DNA of 63,684 bases, filler included, from Choristocarpus tenellus KU-1152 (Eukaryota > Protista > Phaeophyceae), in NCBI GenBank assembly GCA_964200185.2. It is 8 parts of 8 records of this genome, joined end to end, with 100 filler letters (N's around TTAATTAATTAA, not from the genome) between each part and the next. Parts side by side here need not be neighbours in the genome. Positions count along the whole stretch, not along the records: positions 36,528 to 42,156 come from CAXNAD020010195.1; positions 42,257 to 46,245 come from CAXNAD020016782.1; positions 46,346 to 61,040 come from CAXNAD020001135.1; 5 more parts are not named here. The stretch is one strand, 5' to 3'. The position numbers and the translations under genes are program-made. The stretch's first letter is position 1. Every line of letters starts with the position of its first letter. The notes under the pieces are model-generated. The model saw only the letters and a list, made by a program, of their open reading frames with translations, was not told the origin of the DNA and made no database searches. Shown one piece after another: positions 36,590 through 48,694 of the stretch.

Positions 36590-38493
36590 TTACGGACAGT
36601 TGTATGGGTGAAAGCTATCAAGAGTTGGCGTGATTTCATATGCATATTTGAGAATTCCTGGTAGTGACCTCCTCAGGAGCGTCTTGGGTCTGTGTAAGAA
36701 AGACAAGTCAAGTGGTGGGGCAGATGTCTCCAGCAGTGAGGGGTATGACAGTCTCGAGGTAGAGAACGTCTATCTCAGTTGTTCAGAACATGTCTTTGCT
36801 GTTACGGTATTGTACATTAAAAAAAAATGCTGAATTTTGGAATCTTACCAGTACCGTGAACAATACTGTACAATAGTGTATCCAATTTTAACATCTGCAC
36901 TGCTAGATGAAGCTTAAGGCTATGATACCAATATGAATGTAGAGCATAAAAGAAGGAAGAATATCAGGAGTGGGTCAGTCCTGCTGTCCTAGTGTCTTAA
37001 GATGTGTCAACGATAAATATCTCGTGGCCTTCCGATATTAATATCCTCAATTGTTGGTTAAGGGTGATACATAACCCTAAACCTCCCCAGAGGACAGCAA
37101 AAGGTCAAAATTATAGGCATTGTCATCTTTGACATGAGATTAGACTTTGGGTCCTAGTTACTCTACGGCAAATCACATTGCAACTACAGGCAAGGGTTTA
37201 CTATTGCAACCTGCTATTCCTGTTTGGGTTCTGTTCCTTTGGAGATGACTTGCTTTGTAGGTTATTTTGAGTCTCCTCGTCAGAGACTAAGGAGGCTGTT
37301 CTCTGCTAAAATTTCATGGGTTCGAACCCCATTGATACAAGACTTATTTCATGGATATCTGAAAGCATTTATGGTGTTGCTTATCCAAAGTCTATGTGGC
37401 AAGCTCTACAGATTGAACACCAACCTACCTGTGCTATCCAGTCACCGCCATACCACAAAATCACTGAACCAAGAAATGGTTACAAGGTATGAACACTGAG
37501 AGACACCGGGGCAGTTCCACATTAAAGAAGCTGATGTTCCCAAGACTTGTATGTAAATAACTTGATTAATTCCTTTTTGGGTAGAACAGGTTGTAGATGG
37601 AGTAAGGGGAAAGGACGAATGAGCATCCAACCCCAAAGCGAGGGGATCCTTGCTACCAAATCAGTCCTATTCTATGGATCAGTAACCACAGATTACTTCA
37701 TACAATTGTTTCCTATTCCTGAACTCTTCCATACTCTAGTTCTTAAACACAAACATGATCCCTTCATCCTTAGTTTGTTTCTTACATAATCTTCTTTTAA
37801 AAGACACAAATAAAAATCATATTCTTGACATTCCAGGACAAGATTCATGGGAGGTGGAACAAGGTATGGGACGACTGAACCCAATGCACGAAAACTGAGA
37901 AATGATTGGAGGCAGTGCAATTAGTCATAGTGCAAAGTTAGATACACAGCAAGTTCATTCTACATAGTAGAAGTACTGCTAAGTGTTATTAGTATAGTGT
38001 GTAGTGTGTAGTGCCTCTGACCAGATGTGGAGATAGTTTTCCCAGACTAATTGTGAAAAATGTAATCAGTATTAAATAATGGTAAGTTCCAGGGTTGTGG
38101 GCAACTTCGTTGAATGCAAGGAGGTAACTATTGTAGCCAAAAAACAGAGGCATGCCAAACTTGAGAATAAATCAGAGATTGCCATCAACCAGATACAAGA
38201 GAATCATAGGTAGATTGGTACTACGTTATAAACTACATACACCACCAATATAAAGATACGGTGATGATGGTGTATGCTCCATGCTTCATACTATCTGTGC
38301 TACTATTGATTTCTTTCATTGTCATATTATGCCAACTCCATCAGTTCTATATTTACTTCCCAGGTTCATTAGATTACTGTACTACTTGAATTTTTTTGAT
38401 GTTTTTTCTGTTTTTTATTAATTAATTTGATCTTCTCAAATGGAAACAATAAATTAAGCACCCCAACAGTAGTGTCATGTGGGTTGTACTGAA

Positions 38494-38577
38494 GGTCGTT
38501 TGGTCCAAATGGATAAGGCGTTACCTTTATAAGGCAAAGATTGTGGGTTCAAGTGAGCCCAAATCCCATCATGGCCA
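38494..38577 (+). pseudogene. tRNA-like pseudogene or tRNA-derived SINE head (Arg-like D-arm)
   Basis: ggtcgtt pairs imperfectly with catggcc. D-arm tggtccaaatggataaggcg; anticodon arm ttacc-tttataa-ggcaa; T-arm gtggg-ttcaaat-cccat split by a 10-nt insertion. Confidence 0.55.
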
Positions 38578-38829
38578 TGATTACGAACTGTTCATCCTTT
38601 TGAGCGCCCCCTTCCTTAGGTCAGTATTCGTAGAAAACCTTATTCACTGCTATGTGGGGCCAGCTGATACCTACCAACACCTGAAAGGTTGTCCTGCATC
38701 AAGGGAAACTTCAGTATAGGAGAGACATGTATGCAAGAAGTATAGCTAAAAAAAATACTCTATCCACCTTCAAAACCTTTTCAGGGGTGTTGGGGATGAA
38801 GTGACCGAGAAAACCTAATATTGTATCGT

Positions 38830-39440
38830 TTTATTATTCGCTTGAAATTCCGAATAATGATTTTGCCTCAAATTTTCCAATTTTCCATTAAACTACAATA
38901 TCATCACAATAAGCCTTCAAGAAAGAAGAAAGAGATGGGAAACGGGAACAGTGTTATGCCTTGAATATATATTAACAGTGTCTGGAATATTGGCAAATTG
39001 TGGGGAAGTACAGAAACAAAATAAATTGCAAGAATTGGACATGAAACTGAGATTTTGGCATGTCAAGAAAACCCTAACCCTTAACTAGTATTGTTAGGGT
39101 TAGGGTTTTCTTCGAATGATATAATATCGGTATTCATTTTATTTGTTTCTGCACTCTACCACATTTTGCTAATATTCCAGGCCCGCTGTTACCACTTCCT
39201 ATAAATTTTTGGGAATTCATGTTGTCATATTGTTTCGAAGAAGAACAAAACTAGAAATGGTCGATGCACATTCCACAAGGAATTGGGCACATCATACCTG
39301 TAGGGGTCACAAAAATAGACACAACAAAATCATTCAACAAAATATTATTGGTAAGGTGGAGGAATTGAAGTTTACAATTGTTGTCAAGGGAATCGCAAAA
39401 TATTAAGCGAAAATGGTGGTTTCGGAATTTCGGACAATTT
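38830..39440. repeat. imperfect palindrome centred on inverted telomeric repeats
   Basis: Perfect 17-bp IR aagaaaaccctaaccct (39065-39081) / agggttagggttttctt (39096-39112). Outer arms 38975-39035 and 39136-39190; weaker pairing to the limits given. Confidence 0.65.
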
Positions 39441-39468
39441 TTTTAAAACATACTGTGGAAAGAATGTC

Positions 39469-39861
39469 TGTTATAACTGATATTGCCGTATGACATACAC
39501 TGTTATACCGATTGAGGTTCCTTGTCAAGCATCCAAGATTCCACTGGCTGGTCTTCTGTCAGAATGAATCCATGGAATCTGTTCAAGAGACCAGTTCCAC
39601 AGATTTGGGACTGCTCTTCATTCAGAGCTGTCAAACATGAAAGATTCACTTCGTACTCATGTCTTGACTTTTGGTGATGATCCCCCTCTCTGAAGATGCT
39701 ATCACTCCTCAATTTTCCCTCCAAGTCCTTGAGGTCTTGCACTTGTCCAACCTTAACATCGTACTCTCAGTTACGTTTCGTCTTGGTTCGTCTGGTCCAT
39801 CTTGCCCAGTGATTCTCTTCGCCACCCTTACCTGAGTGAACCATGCCGCCACAGAATCACA
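39469..39861 (-). repeat. repeat family D (about 390 bp, TG...CA, LTR-like)
   Basis: Reverse-complement match to 41441-41832 and 49776-50170. Confidence 0.8.
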
Positions 39862-40507
39862 CGATTCACAATGGCGACACTGGTGAACTCAGAGATAGGG
39901 TGACGGGAAATTTTTTGTTTGACCACTGACAAGAGATGCCAAATGCAAGATTGAGGAGAAAATGTCGTGCACTAGAGTGCCTGGCTCAACAACAGGAAGA
40001 ATCAAGAGACACAAAGGATCAGGTTCATGAGCACAAGTCAATAAAGGACATGGAATCCTCAACAAACCATGGTTCCGATACGTCCAGTCACTCATCCTCA
40101 TCGTCTAACATTGTAACAATTGCGAATGTAGACGAGGTTCCTCCCCTTCTCCCCCTACAGATCGTCAAGTTCATACAGGAACACTATCGTCGACCTTTGA
40201 GCATTGTGTCAGCTCGGGCAATCGTGACACTTGTCAGGTCATTTTTCAGGACGATCCTGTCCCCCCTCTACGTCCCACTACTTGTGATGTGGCCATTTCC
40301 CAGGCTCAGTTAGGAGATGCTGTTCCAGCATTCATTGCGTACCATGTGAACGAGTGTGCAAGAACAAACACTGTGCCTCCTGAATGGCTCGGGATCTGTT
40401 GAAGCTTCAAGTTCGGGGAAATGGCGTCGATCATGTAAGACCTGTTGAACAGAGTTGCGATGTCTCGCAACCCACAACCAGTGTCACAAGGGAGTCGTTT
40501 TGGATTT

Positions 40508-40768
40508 GACCCAAAGTATCTTAGAGGATAGGGCCACGTCCATTTGTGGGTCAAAATCCAATGTTGCGATTTGGATGTAATTTTGTCTATCGTGTTTTTG
40601 TTAGCAAGTATAAATATCCAAGTTCCCGACACACCTTTTCATAACGTATATATATTACCTACTCCGAAGCATTTTGGAGTAGGAAAATGTCATTTTAAAA
40701 AACATGGGAAGCCAAGCCCGAAATGGACAAACAGGGCAAAACTCGTACCCTCTAAGATACTTTCACAC
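40508..40768 (+). mobile_element. MITE family A
   Basis: Slightly decayed TIRs; flanks attt/actt (3 of 4 match). Confidence 0.88.
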
Positions 40769-41440
40769 ACTTTTCCACTTCGGAAATCTCGCCTGGTTTG
40801 TTGATCACAGGATCTGGAGAAGAAGATTTTCCAATTCTGTTCTCAATATGGCATGTTTCAATAGCTCTGCATTCTAGTCAGTACGATCCTGCACCCCCTG
40901 AAACAGTTGATGCTCATTGTGTAGAATTTTTACCGAAACATTCTATTTTCAGGTGTTGGCTGGTACGATAGAATGGCGTTCAGCAAGTGAGTTGGCCAGA
41001 TTGCAATCATCCCTTGACACCCCTGTTCTTATAACCTTTCCAACGTCCTGGAAAGATGTCCACAAGGTTTTTCGTTGACGCAGTCACCCCCTCCCATGCT
41101 ATTTCCTCGTTTCAACTTCGTCCCACCCCAACGAGAGAGTCAAGATCTCCAGAGAGAAGTGGAGTGACTTGGTCCCAGCAAAATACTGCTTGAGAATAGC
41201 GTCATAGAGGCCTTGGGTGCAATCCTTGATTGGCAAGAGCAACGCCTGTCCAGAGTGATAGTGACCTATTTACTGGTTCCACTGTTGTGTTCCCTGCAGT
41301 GGACCTGGAGCAATTGCGCAAGGAGCAGGAATCCGAACTCAGATCATATTTCAGGTATTTGCAGTCCCCCATTGTCGCCCCACCACCAGATAGGAATCGA
41401 CAACGTCTATGTCTTACTTTTTCCTTCGTAATATGCAGTG

Positions 41441-41832
41441 TGTGATTCTGTGGCGGCATGGTTCACTCAGGTAAGGGTGGCAAAGAGAATCACCGGGCAA
41501 GATGGACCAGATGTACCAAGACGAACCGTAACCGAGAGTACAAGATTAAGGTTGGACAAGTGCAAGGCCTTAACGACTTGCAGGGAAATTGAGGAGTGAT
41601 GAGCATCTTCAGAGAGGGGTCTTCATCACCACAAATTAAGACGTGAGAATAAAGTGAATCTTTCCTGTTTGACAACTCTGAATGACGAGCAGTCCCAAAT
41701 CTGTGGAACCGGTCTCTTGAACAGATTCCATGGTTTCATTCTGACGGAAGATTCACCAGTGGAATCATGGATGCTTGACAAGGACCCTCCATCGGTATAA
41801 CGGCATATGGCATACGGCAATAACGGTATAAC
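41441..41832 (+). repeat. repeat family D
   Basis: tgtgattctgtggcgg...ggtataac, with MITE A inserted at its 3' tip. Confidence 0.8.
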
Positions 41833-42080
41833 GAGCCAAAGTATCTTAGAGGGTAGAGACACGTCCATTTGGGGACCAAAATCCAATGTTGCGATTTTGA
41901 TATAATTTTGGGTATCGTGTTTGTTGGGAAGCGTCAATATCCATGTTCCGGACACACCTTTTCATAACACATAAATTTTACCTACTGCGAAACATTTTGG
42001 AGTAGGAAAATGTCATTTAAAAAAACTTGGGAAGCCAAGCCTCAATTGGACATACAGGGAAAAACTCGTACCCTCTAAGA
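41833..42080 (+). mobile_element. MITE family A, right TIR truncated
   Basis: GAGCCAAAGTATCTTAGAGGG...taccctctaaga. Confidence 0.85.
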
Positions 42081-42156
42081 ACAGCCGATCACCAAAATTG
42101 AGGATGGAGCATACTATGGAGGATGGGTTTGACCCCAAATGGTGCTCGGACAGTGC

Positions 42157-42256
42157 NNNNNNNNNNNNNNNNNNNNNNNNNNNNNNNNNNNNNNNNNNNN
42201 TTAATTAATTAANNNNNNNNNNNNNNNNNNNNNNNNNNNNNNNNNNNNNNNNNNNN
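42157..42256. other. artificial contig-joining spacer
   Basis: N44-TTAATTAATTAA-N44. Confidence 0.97.
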
Positions 42257-42771
42257 TCACAGTGGCCTCGTACATAGTGCTTCGCCCGCCCCCAGGCCAT
42301 CTCTATTGAATTATATTCATAGTGGTACTTTGGAAGCATCAAGCAGTGTCCTCCAAGACGCTCAACCTGAATCGTGTCTTGTGAGTGGCTTAAACAGTAT
42401 GAAGCCGAGGTTAGCCCAAGTACTGTTTGGCGGTGACCAATCTTGATATTTTTGAAAAGGTTGCCCAACGATTTAATCGGCGATCAGCATATCAAATGAA
42501 AGCTCTGGACCTAAGGTGTTGACTGGTGCAAAGGAAATCTTTCGGGAAGATATTTTTGGCTGTAAAAATTAATTCCGGAGCATTTCTAAGGTTGTGCCGA
42601 AAACATTCGGTTAAAATTTAACCTTACCAAAAAAAATCGAAATAATTCCTTTGCACCAGTCATAGCTTAGATCCAGAGCTTTCTTTTGATATGCTAATCG
42701 TCGTTTAACTCGTTGGGCAAGCTTTTCAAAAATCAAGACTGGTCTCATCCTAGAGGCAATGGCCGACACTA
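42257..42771 (-). mobile_element. Tc1/IS630-like deletion derivative, cut by contig edge
   Basis: LMLPKYHYEYNSIEMAWGRAKHYVRGHC (DDE_3 LP..H.ELNPIE..W motif), an internal palindrome at 42432-42750, and terminus gaggcaatggccgacacta|TA. Confidence 0.75.
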
Positions 42772-43454
42772 TACTACTTCGTAGAGTTATTAATTGGAGC
42801 AAATAATAATCTGCTGGATCGATAAATTATAACTATTATTATCTCAAAATTGGTCTGGTGACTGTCACAACCCGGTGTCAGAGTCATTGCACACTACACT
42901 ACTCATACTGAATACGACTGTAACTAACTGCTGTTGCACTATGACACAATTGTACTACCTCCATCCATGCCTAGCCTGCTTTTTCTCATTGGTTCAGTCA
43001 TCCCACACTCATTGGTCCACCACCTCCCCAGAATCTCATGCTGGACTAACATCAACGCTTCTCTGCAATGAAGCAGTGCCTGTACCAAACGGAGCTTCCT
43101 TACCTACTTTGGAATGGCGTATAAAATACTCTATAGTACAGGGGGGAGATGATGCCTTAAATTTGAAGACAATCCCATGTTGCACAAGAAGCATATTACA
43201 AGTCACAGCCTCAGATGACTAGAGGAAGCGACTTTCCCTGTTTCCCCCGAAGTTATCAAAGTCAATTGGAAGCGCTGGCATTGTCTCAAGAGGCTGGAAG
43301 CCGCGAAAAAAGCTTTCAATGAGCATGCTGAAGTCACTATGCACTCATTTGATTTGCAGGGACTTCTTGTAGAACTTTCATGTTACAGTGTTTAAATTAA
43401 CTTGCCTATTAGAAATTATGTGGCATCAATGCTAAATAACGCAGGCGGAAGATT

Positions 43455-43913
43455 TGTTACAGCACGCTCCAAAAGCTTACCTCCACATGATGTATAGCTC
43501 CAATCCACAGGCCTATAGATGACGTTGATGCGCGCACAAGCCTCCCAGGATACTCCGACAGTCAAAGGCCTAACGAAGATGATGAATATCCAGTATGCAG
43601 ATGAGGGCACTCTTATGAATCAATAAGCATGAATATGAGAATTGGTATCAGTTTAGAGTGAGCCCTGGGGAGACTTGAGCCGTTTGGGATCTGAGTCGCT
43701 TAGGATCTCTTACCACCATTTACCGTTTTGTATTTATTTCAGATTACAGACGTTGGAATACATCTGAGAAACGCTGCAACTTTCCCAAGTTACAGATTTC
43801 ATTCTGCAACTTTTAACAAATCGGAGGTCCCCCTTTTGTTGTTCCACACACGCGTACAATGCTTGCGCTGGTTAAAGCGCAGGAAGAAATATTTCTCCTA
43901 TTCACATGTAACA
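43455..43913 (+). repeat. repeat family E (TGTTACAG...TGTAACA, LTR-like), diverged copy
   Basis: Both ends match 46868-47354. Confidence 0.6.
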
Positions 43914-44409
43914 GTTCTTTGTCCTGTCACATCGCATGACATTATTGGGGATGACCTGGTCCATTGCTTCTCGAAATTGATGTATTGATTGATTTCCCCA
44001 AATTCAATGCACCATGCAAACATTGCAAGTGCAGATCCTATAATGGAGAAGGAAGTATACCACACTAGATGTTAAAGTATTCCACACTGGACCTGCGGTT
44101 AAGATAAACAATCTTGTGCCTTGGTAGAGGACGATAAGTAGCTTGTTGTGAATAAATTACGTTGATGTTCCAAGGGGCTTGTGATTTCAATTCCACTGAC
44201 TGAACTTGTGGGGTGAGACAGGTGTAGACTACTATGTGAGATTTGCAATGTTCACATGGATAATCAGAAAATAATACTATCAACATATCACATGTACGCG
44301 TTACAGAGCTCAACTGAAATATATGGAAACACAGATCTGAATCTACCTTTCTTAATCTACTCCACTGGTGGTGTCTATAGTGTATCAGGACCACTATCCA
44401 CGAACACTA

Positions 44410-45758
44410 TGGTGTTGGGAGTCGCCTCAGCGACAGAGTTTGTCCTGCTCTAACTTTTGATCGGAGTAGACATTTTCGTCGAAATAAAACTTGATGTGAC
44501 GCTTGAATCACTCCTAACATTATTAGATCGGTTGGAGTTGGTTGTGGTGCGATGGGCGAGAGCGCAATTTCCTCACTAAAGTCAACTTACTTAGACATCC
44601 GTCCGTCCGTCGTCCAGTAGTATTGTTTGGAGGGCTGTCTGGCTCTCCCAGGACGAGCTTTTTCACGGGAGAAGAAGAGTTTTGTGATCCTCCATGTCTC
44701 ATCTGTCTCTGTGTAACACTAAACTCTTCATTGTTATTATAGCTCCACTGTTATGCCTAAAAGTTCATCAGACAACAGCCAGCCAGCCAGCCCTCATCAT
44801 CGAGCTTGGCCAAGAATACATGCTCTTCGCCATAGTCGTGACCTGTCTTCGATTTCTTGTTCGACAGTGATTGACTGGTCCACTAGATCAAACACGAGTC
44901 CCGTCCCCCTCTCGACACACAGCAATCACCAGCGCGTACACTTTGCCCAACCTCAGCCTTCGAGTTCTGTGAAACCTGAAGCCTGGAGGTAGAGACCGCA
45001 CCACGATATCCAGCATGTCCTTCGACAGAGGGGCTTCCGCAGCCGAGTGAAAGTATCTTAGAGGGTACGAGTTTTGCCCTGTTTGTCCATTTGGGACTTG
45101 CCTTCCCATGGGTTTTTTAATGACATTTTCCTACTCCAAAATGTTGAGGAGTAGGTAAAATGTATACGTTATGAAAAGGTGTATCCAAAACATAGATATT
45201 GACACTTCCTAACAAACCCGATAGCTAAAATTTACATCAAATCGCAATACTGGATTTTGACTCCCAAATGGACGCGGCTCTACCCTCTAAGATACTTTTG
45301 CTCAGCCATTGTGCCAAGTTCTGCATGGACACTCTAAGTTGTAGTGCGCTGTGCGCAAAGGTTAAGCTCCAAAAGCCTCGCACAGAGCGTCTTTGCAGCA
45401 ACGAAACCGTGGAGGTCAGCTCAGCTTGATTAATTTGGAGGTGATGTAACGCAAGTTGATCGGTCACTAACATATGAAATTAAAACTGAGATCATTGGCA
45501 GTCGATTGGAGCAAAAAATCCTGTCGAAAAAAAACATCTTGATACGATTTTCACCGATTATTATTTATTGGGGAATTTAGCCTAACTTTTCGGCATTTCC
45601 TAACTCAATACAAAGTATTTGCGACCGCATTTCTTTGCCCCAATCGACCGCATTTGATCTCAGCTTTAATTTGATATGCTGATCACCGATCAGGATGCCT
45701 TGCACCACCTCGAAATTATTCAAGACCGGTCTAATCCTAGAGGCGACTGCCAACACCA
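44410..45758. mobile_element. non-autonomous Tc1-like element with nested MITE A
   Basis: TA|tggtgttgggagtcgcctc ... gaggcgactgccaacacca|TA. Subterminal part related to 42432-42771. Confidence 0.75.
45045..45303 (-). mobile_element. MITE family A
   Basis: Complete TIRs and a perfect TSD AGCC. Confidence 0.92.
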
Positions 45759-45770
45759 TAGAGGAAGAAA

Positions 45771-46206
45771 TGTTACAACATTATCCAGAACTCACCTCCA
45801 CAGGAGGTGCAACTCAAATCTAACGACCTTAAAACGACGCTATGGGGGCGTTGCCCTTGATTACAGTTTCTTGGGAGTCAGACTGTCTTCTCTCGATACT
45901 TCACTTAGTGCATTATTGCTCAAAGCTTGACTTAATGTTTCACTCAAGATCAAAGAACTGAACGAGGGGCAATGGATGGTGTGTCCAAAAGCCCTTTTAT
46001 TATTTTCATTATCCACCCGATTTCTGTAGACTATAAGTTAAAAAGACATCTGCAAACTGCCGTATACATCAATAAACACAAACCCTTTTTTCTGCAAGGT
46101 TACATATGCATTACGAATCTTAATCTGCATTTTCTAATAAATCAGCATTTATTCTGTTAGGCTACTTATGTGCTACTAACATCTCGTACTGCTCGCGCTA
46201 TTAACA
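45771..46206 (+). repeat. repeat family E
   Basis: Colinear with 46868-47354. Confidence 0.75.
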
Positions 46207-46245
46207 GGGGATTCACAAAATTGAGGTAGGAGCGGGACTATGAGG

Positions 46246-46345
46246 NNNNNNNNNNNNNNNNNNNNNNNNNNNNNNNNNNNNNNNNNNNNTTAATTAATTA
46301 ANNNNNNNNNNNNNNNNNNNNNNNNNNNNNNNNNNNNNNNNNNNN
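46246..46345. other. artificial contig-joining spacer
   Basis: N44-TTAATTAATTAA-N44. Confidence 0.97.
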
Positions 46346-46867
46346 GTTTGCACTTCGTTGAAATACAAGAAGAAATACTCGCTCTATTCGCCTGTAACAT
46401 ATAGGGGTGGGCCGCAAAACGAGACCCATGGACGTCAATACTACCATGGTATGTGCACCTGACAACAGGGATTCCAAGACCAGGGTCATTACACGGGGCA
46501 ATCAAAGGTAGAGGGGGAGGGGAAGGTGTTGGTAGATACAGAATTTACAAGTGGTTTGGGGCTTGGGAAAAGATGAAAAGAGGAGAAGGTATCCAAAAGT
46601 ATAATGCAGAAGTTGAAGGAGTTAGCACGTAAGAGATAGCGGTTACTCAACGGGTGTGGTGATGATTTGGAGCGATTGGTAGCCAGACTGGGAAGGAGAT
46701 GGAGCCCTGAGCATATGAACATGGGTGGGATTGAAGGTAATTTTGGAAATAATATAGGATTCACGCAGATAGACTGCGACAAGTAGTTGAAGTAGGGGTA
46801 CCAATAAGCGTGAGAGGGGAGGACAGGGTAGAAGTGTTACAGGGTGGAAGTCTTGGAAGGACCTCCA

Positions 46868-47354
46868 TGTTACAGCGCGCTCCAGAACTCACCTCCACGG
46901 GATGTGTAACTCAAATCCAATGACCTTAAAACGACGCTATGGGGACGTTGCCCTTGGTAACAGTTTGTTGGGTGTCAGGCAGCCTTTCTTGATACTTCAC
47001 TCAGTGCGTAGCTCAAAGCTCGACTCAATGTTTCGTTCAAGATAAAAGACTGTTTTAAGAGGGGTGATGGTTTTGACCAAAAGCCTTTTTATTATTTTCA
47101 TCTTCCACCCAATTTCTTTGGTCTTCTATGCAACTGCTGTATACGTACTCCAATCATTAACCTCTATTCTACAACTTCTTAGGAACTTTGACGTTTTCTT
47201 CTGTAATCTTTCGTATGCAATACGAATCTTACTCTGTATCTTCTAGGGAATCAGCATTTATTCTGTAAGGCTACCTATGTACTACTAATCTCGTATACTG
47301 CTCGCGCTTGTTAGAACGCGAGAAGAAACGCTCGCGCTATATTCGCCTGTAACA
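46868..47354 (+). repeat. repeat family E (487 bp)
   Basis: Termini TGTTACAG / CTGTAACA. A further 3' end lies at 46346-46399. Confidence 0.8.
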
Positions 47355-47489
47355 GGAGGGTTGCTACAGTATGGGAACCATTGGAGTGCAGTAAATCACA
47401 GAGGGCATTTTGTTACAAAAGGTGATAGAGGATGTCGTTCAGGGTAGTGCATTGGTGTTCCCAAAATGGGCAACAGCAAATATTCCAGG

Positions 47490-48200
47490 ACTGCGTTTGT
47501 CCCCAGTGAAAATAGTTAAAGAAACCACCAAAGTTAGGATTATTCATGATTTGTCATGTCAGCAACAGAGATAGGACCGAGAATGAATGAAGGAACAGAT
47601 TTTGAGGATGCCCAGTCTGTGCATTGTGGTACTGTATCGGGAGACATTATTAAGAACATAGTACATCTACGGAAGAAGTTCCCCAAGGCGAGAATAATGA
47701 TTAGTAAGATGTATGTCAAGGATGCCTTTCGTCAAGTACCAGTTGAACCAAAGGGGGCAGCTAGGTTTGGGTACTGTGTTGAAGATGTTATGGTGATAGA
47801 CTTCAGATCTCAGTTTGGTTGGAGGAATAATCAGGAGGATCGGTCCTAATGGCAAGTCCTCTAGAATTCTCCCATTGCAAAAAAAATTCCCTGTCCGCCG
47901 TTGTAATCCCTGAACCCGAAGGAATTACCGCAAGTGTGAGGCATTCCCCACAGTTAAGAGGAATACATGTGAGTTGGATGAGACATGGAGGATTGTTCCA
48001 GAAGATGTGGGGGGGTACAGATTACCCTTTTTTTGCTGGATGTATGTGGATAATAGCATCTTGATGGAGGCCCAATTTTTGAGGATGGGAGGAGCTTGAG
48101 GCTGGCAATAATTTCCTTAGTGTCGGACCATATACGACTGCTAGGTCTTAGGAAGGTAGAGGAATCACCCATCTTGTCAGCTGACAGGGTGGCATACCAC
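47490..48200 (+). pseudogene. reverse transcriptase pseudogene, DIRS/Ngaro (tyrosine-recombinase retroelement) type
   Basis: KVRIIHDLS, KMYVKDAFRQVPVEP...FGY...IDFRSQFGW, and MYVDN (decayed YVDD) in shifting frames. Confidence 0.75.
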
Positions 48201-48229
48201 ACAGGTAGTAGTAGGGTGGAGATAGGTAC

Positions 48230-48694
48230 TGTTACAGGCGAATAGCTCGAGCATATCTTTCTGCGTGCCAAAATGCGCGAACAGTATACATACGTAAGAA
48301 TTCGTATAAGAGGAACTTTGAATTGATAGAAGATGCAGAGAAAGATTAGAAATGCATACATAATCTTCCAGAATATATGTCAATTCCTGAAAGTTGCAGA
48401 ATAGAGATTTATGATTGGAGTATTTACACAGCAGTTTGCAGGCTTCATTTAACTCTTTGGCTGTAGAAAAACGGTGAGTGATGTTAATAAAAGGCTGGGT
48501 GTTGACCACACGCCTCAGTTCTTTGATCCTTACCCTCTTTTGATAAAGCGAAAATCGAGACATCGACTGAGCTAAGTATCGATTGACACCATACGTAGCC
48601 GTCATCTATGGACCCCCGCGTAGTGTCGTTTTAAGGTCGTTGGATTTGAATTGCATATCCTGTGGAGGTGAGTTCTGGGGGGCACACTGTAACA
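48230..48694 (-). repeat. repeat family E, inverted copy
   Basis: tgttacaggcgaatag...gagttctgg...ctgtaaca. Confidence 0.7.
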
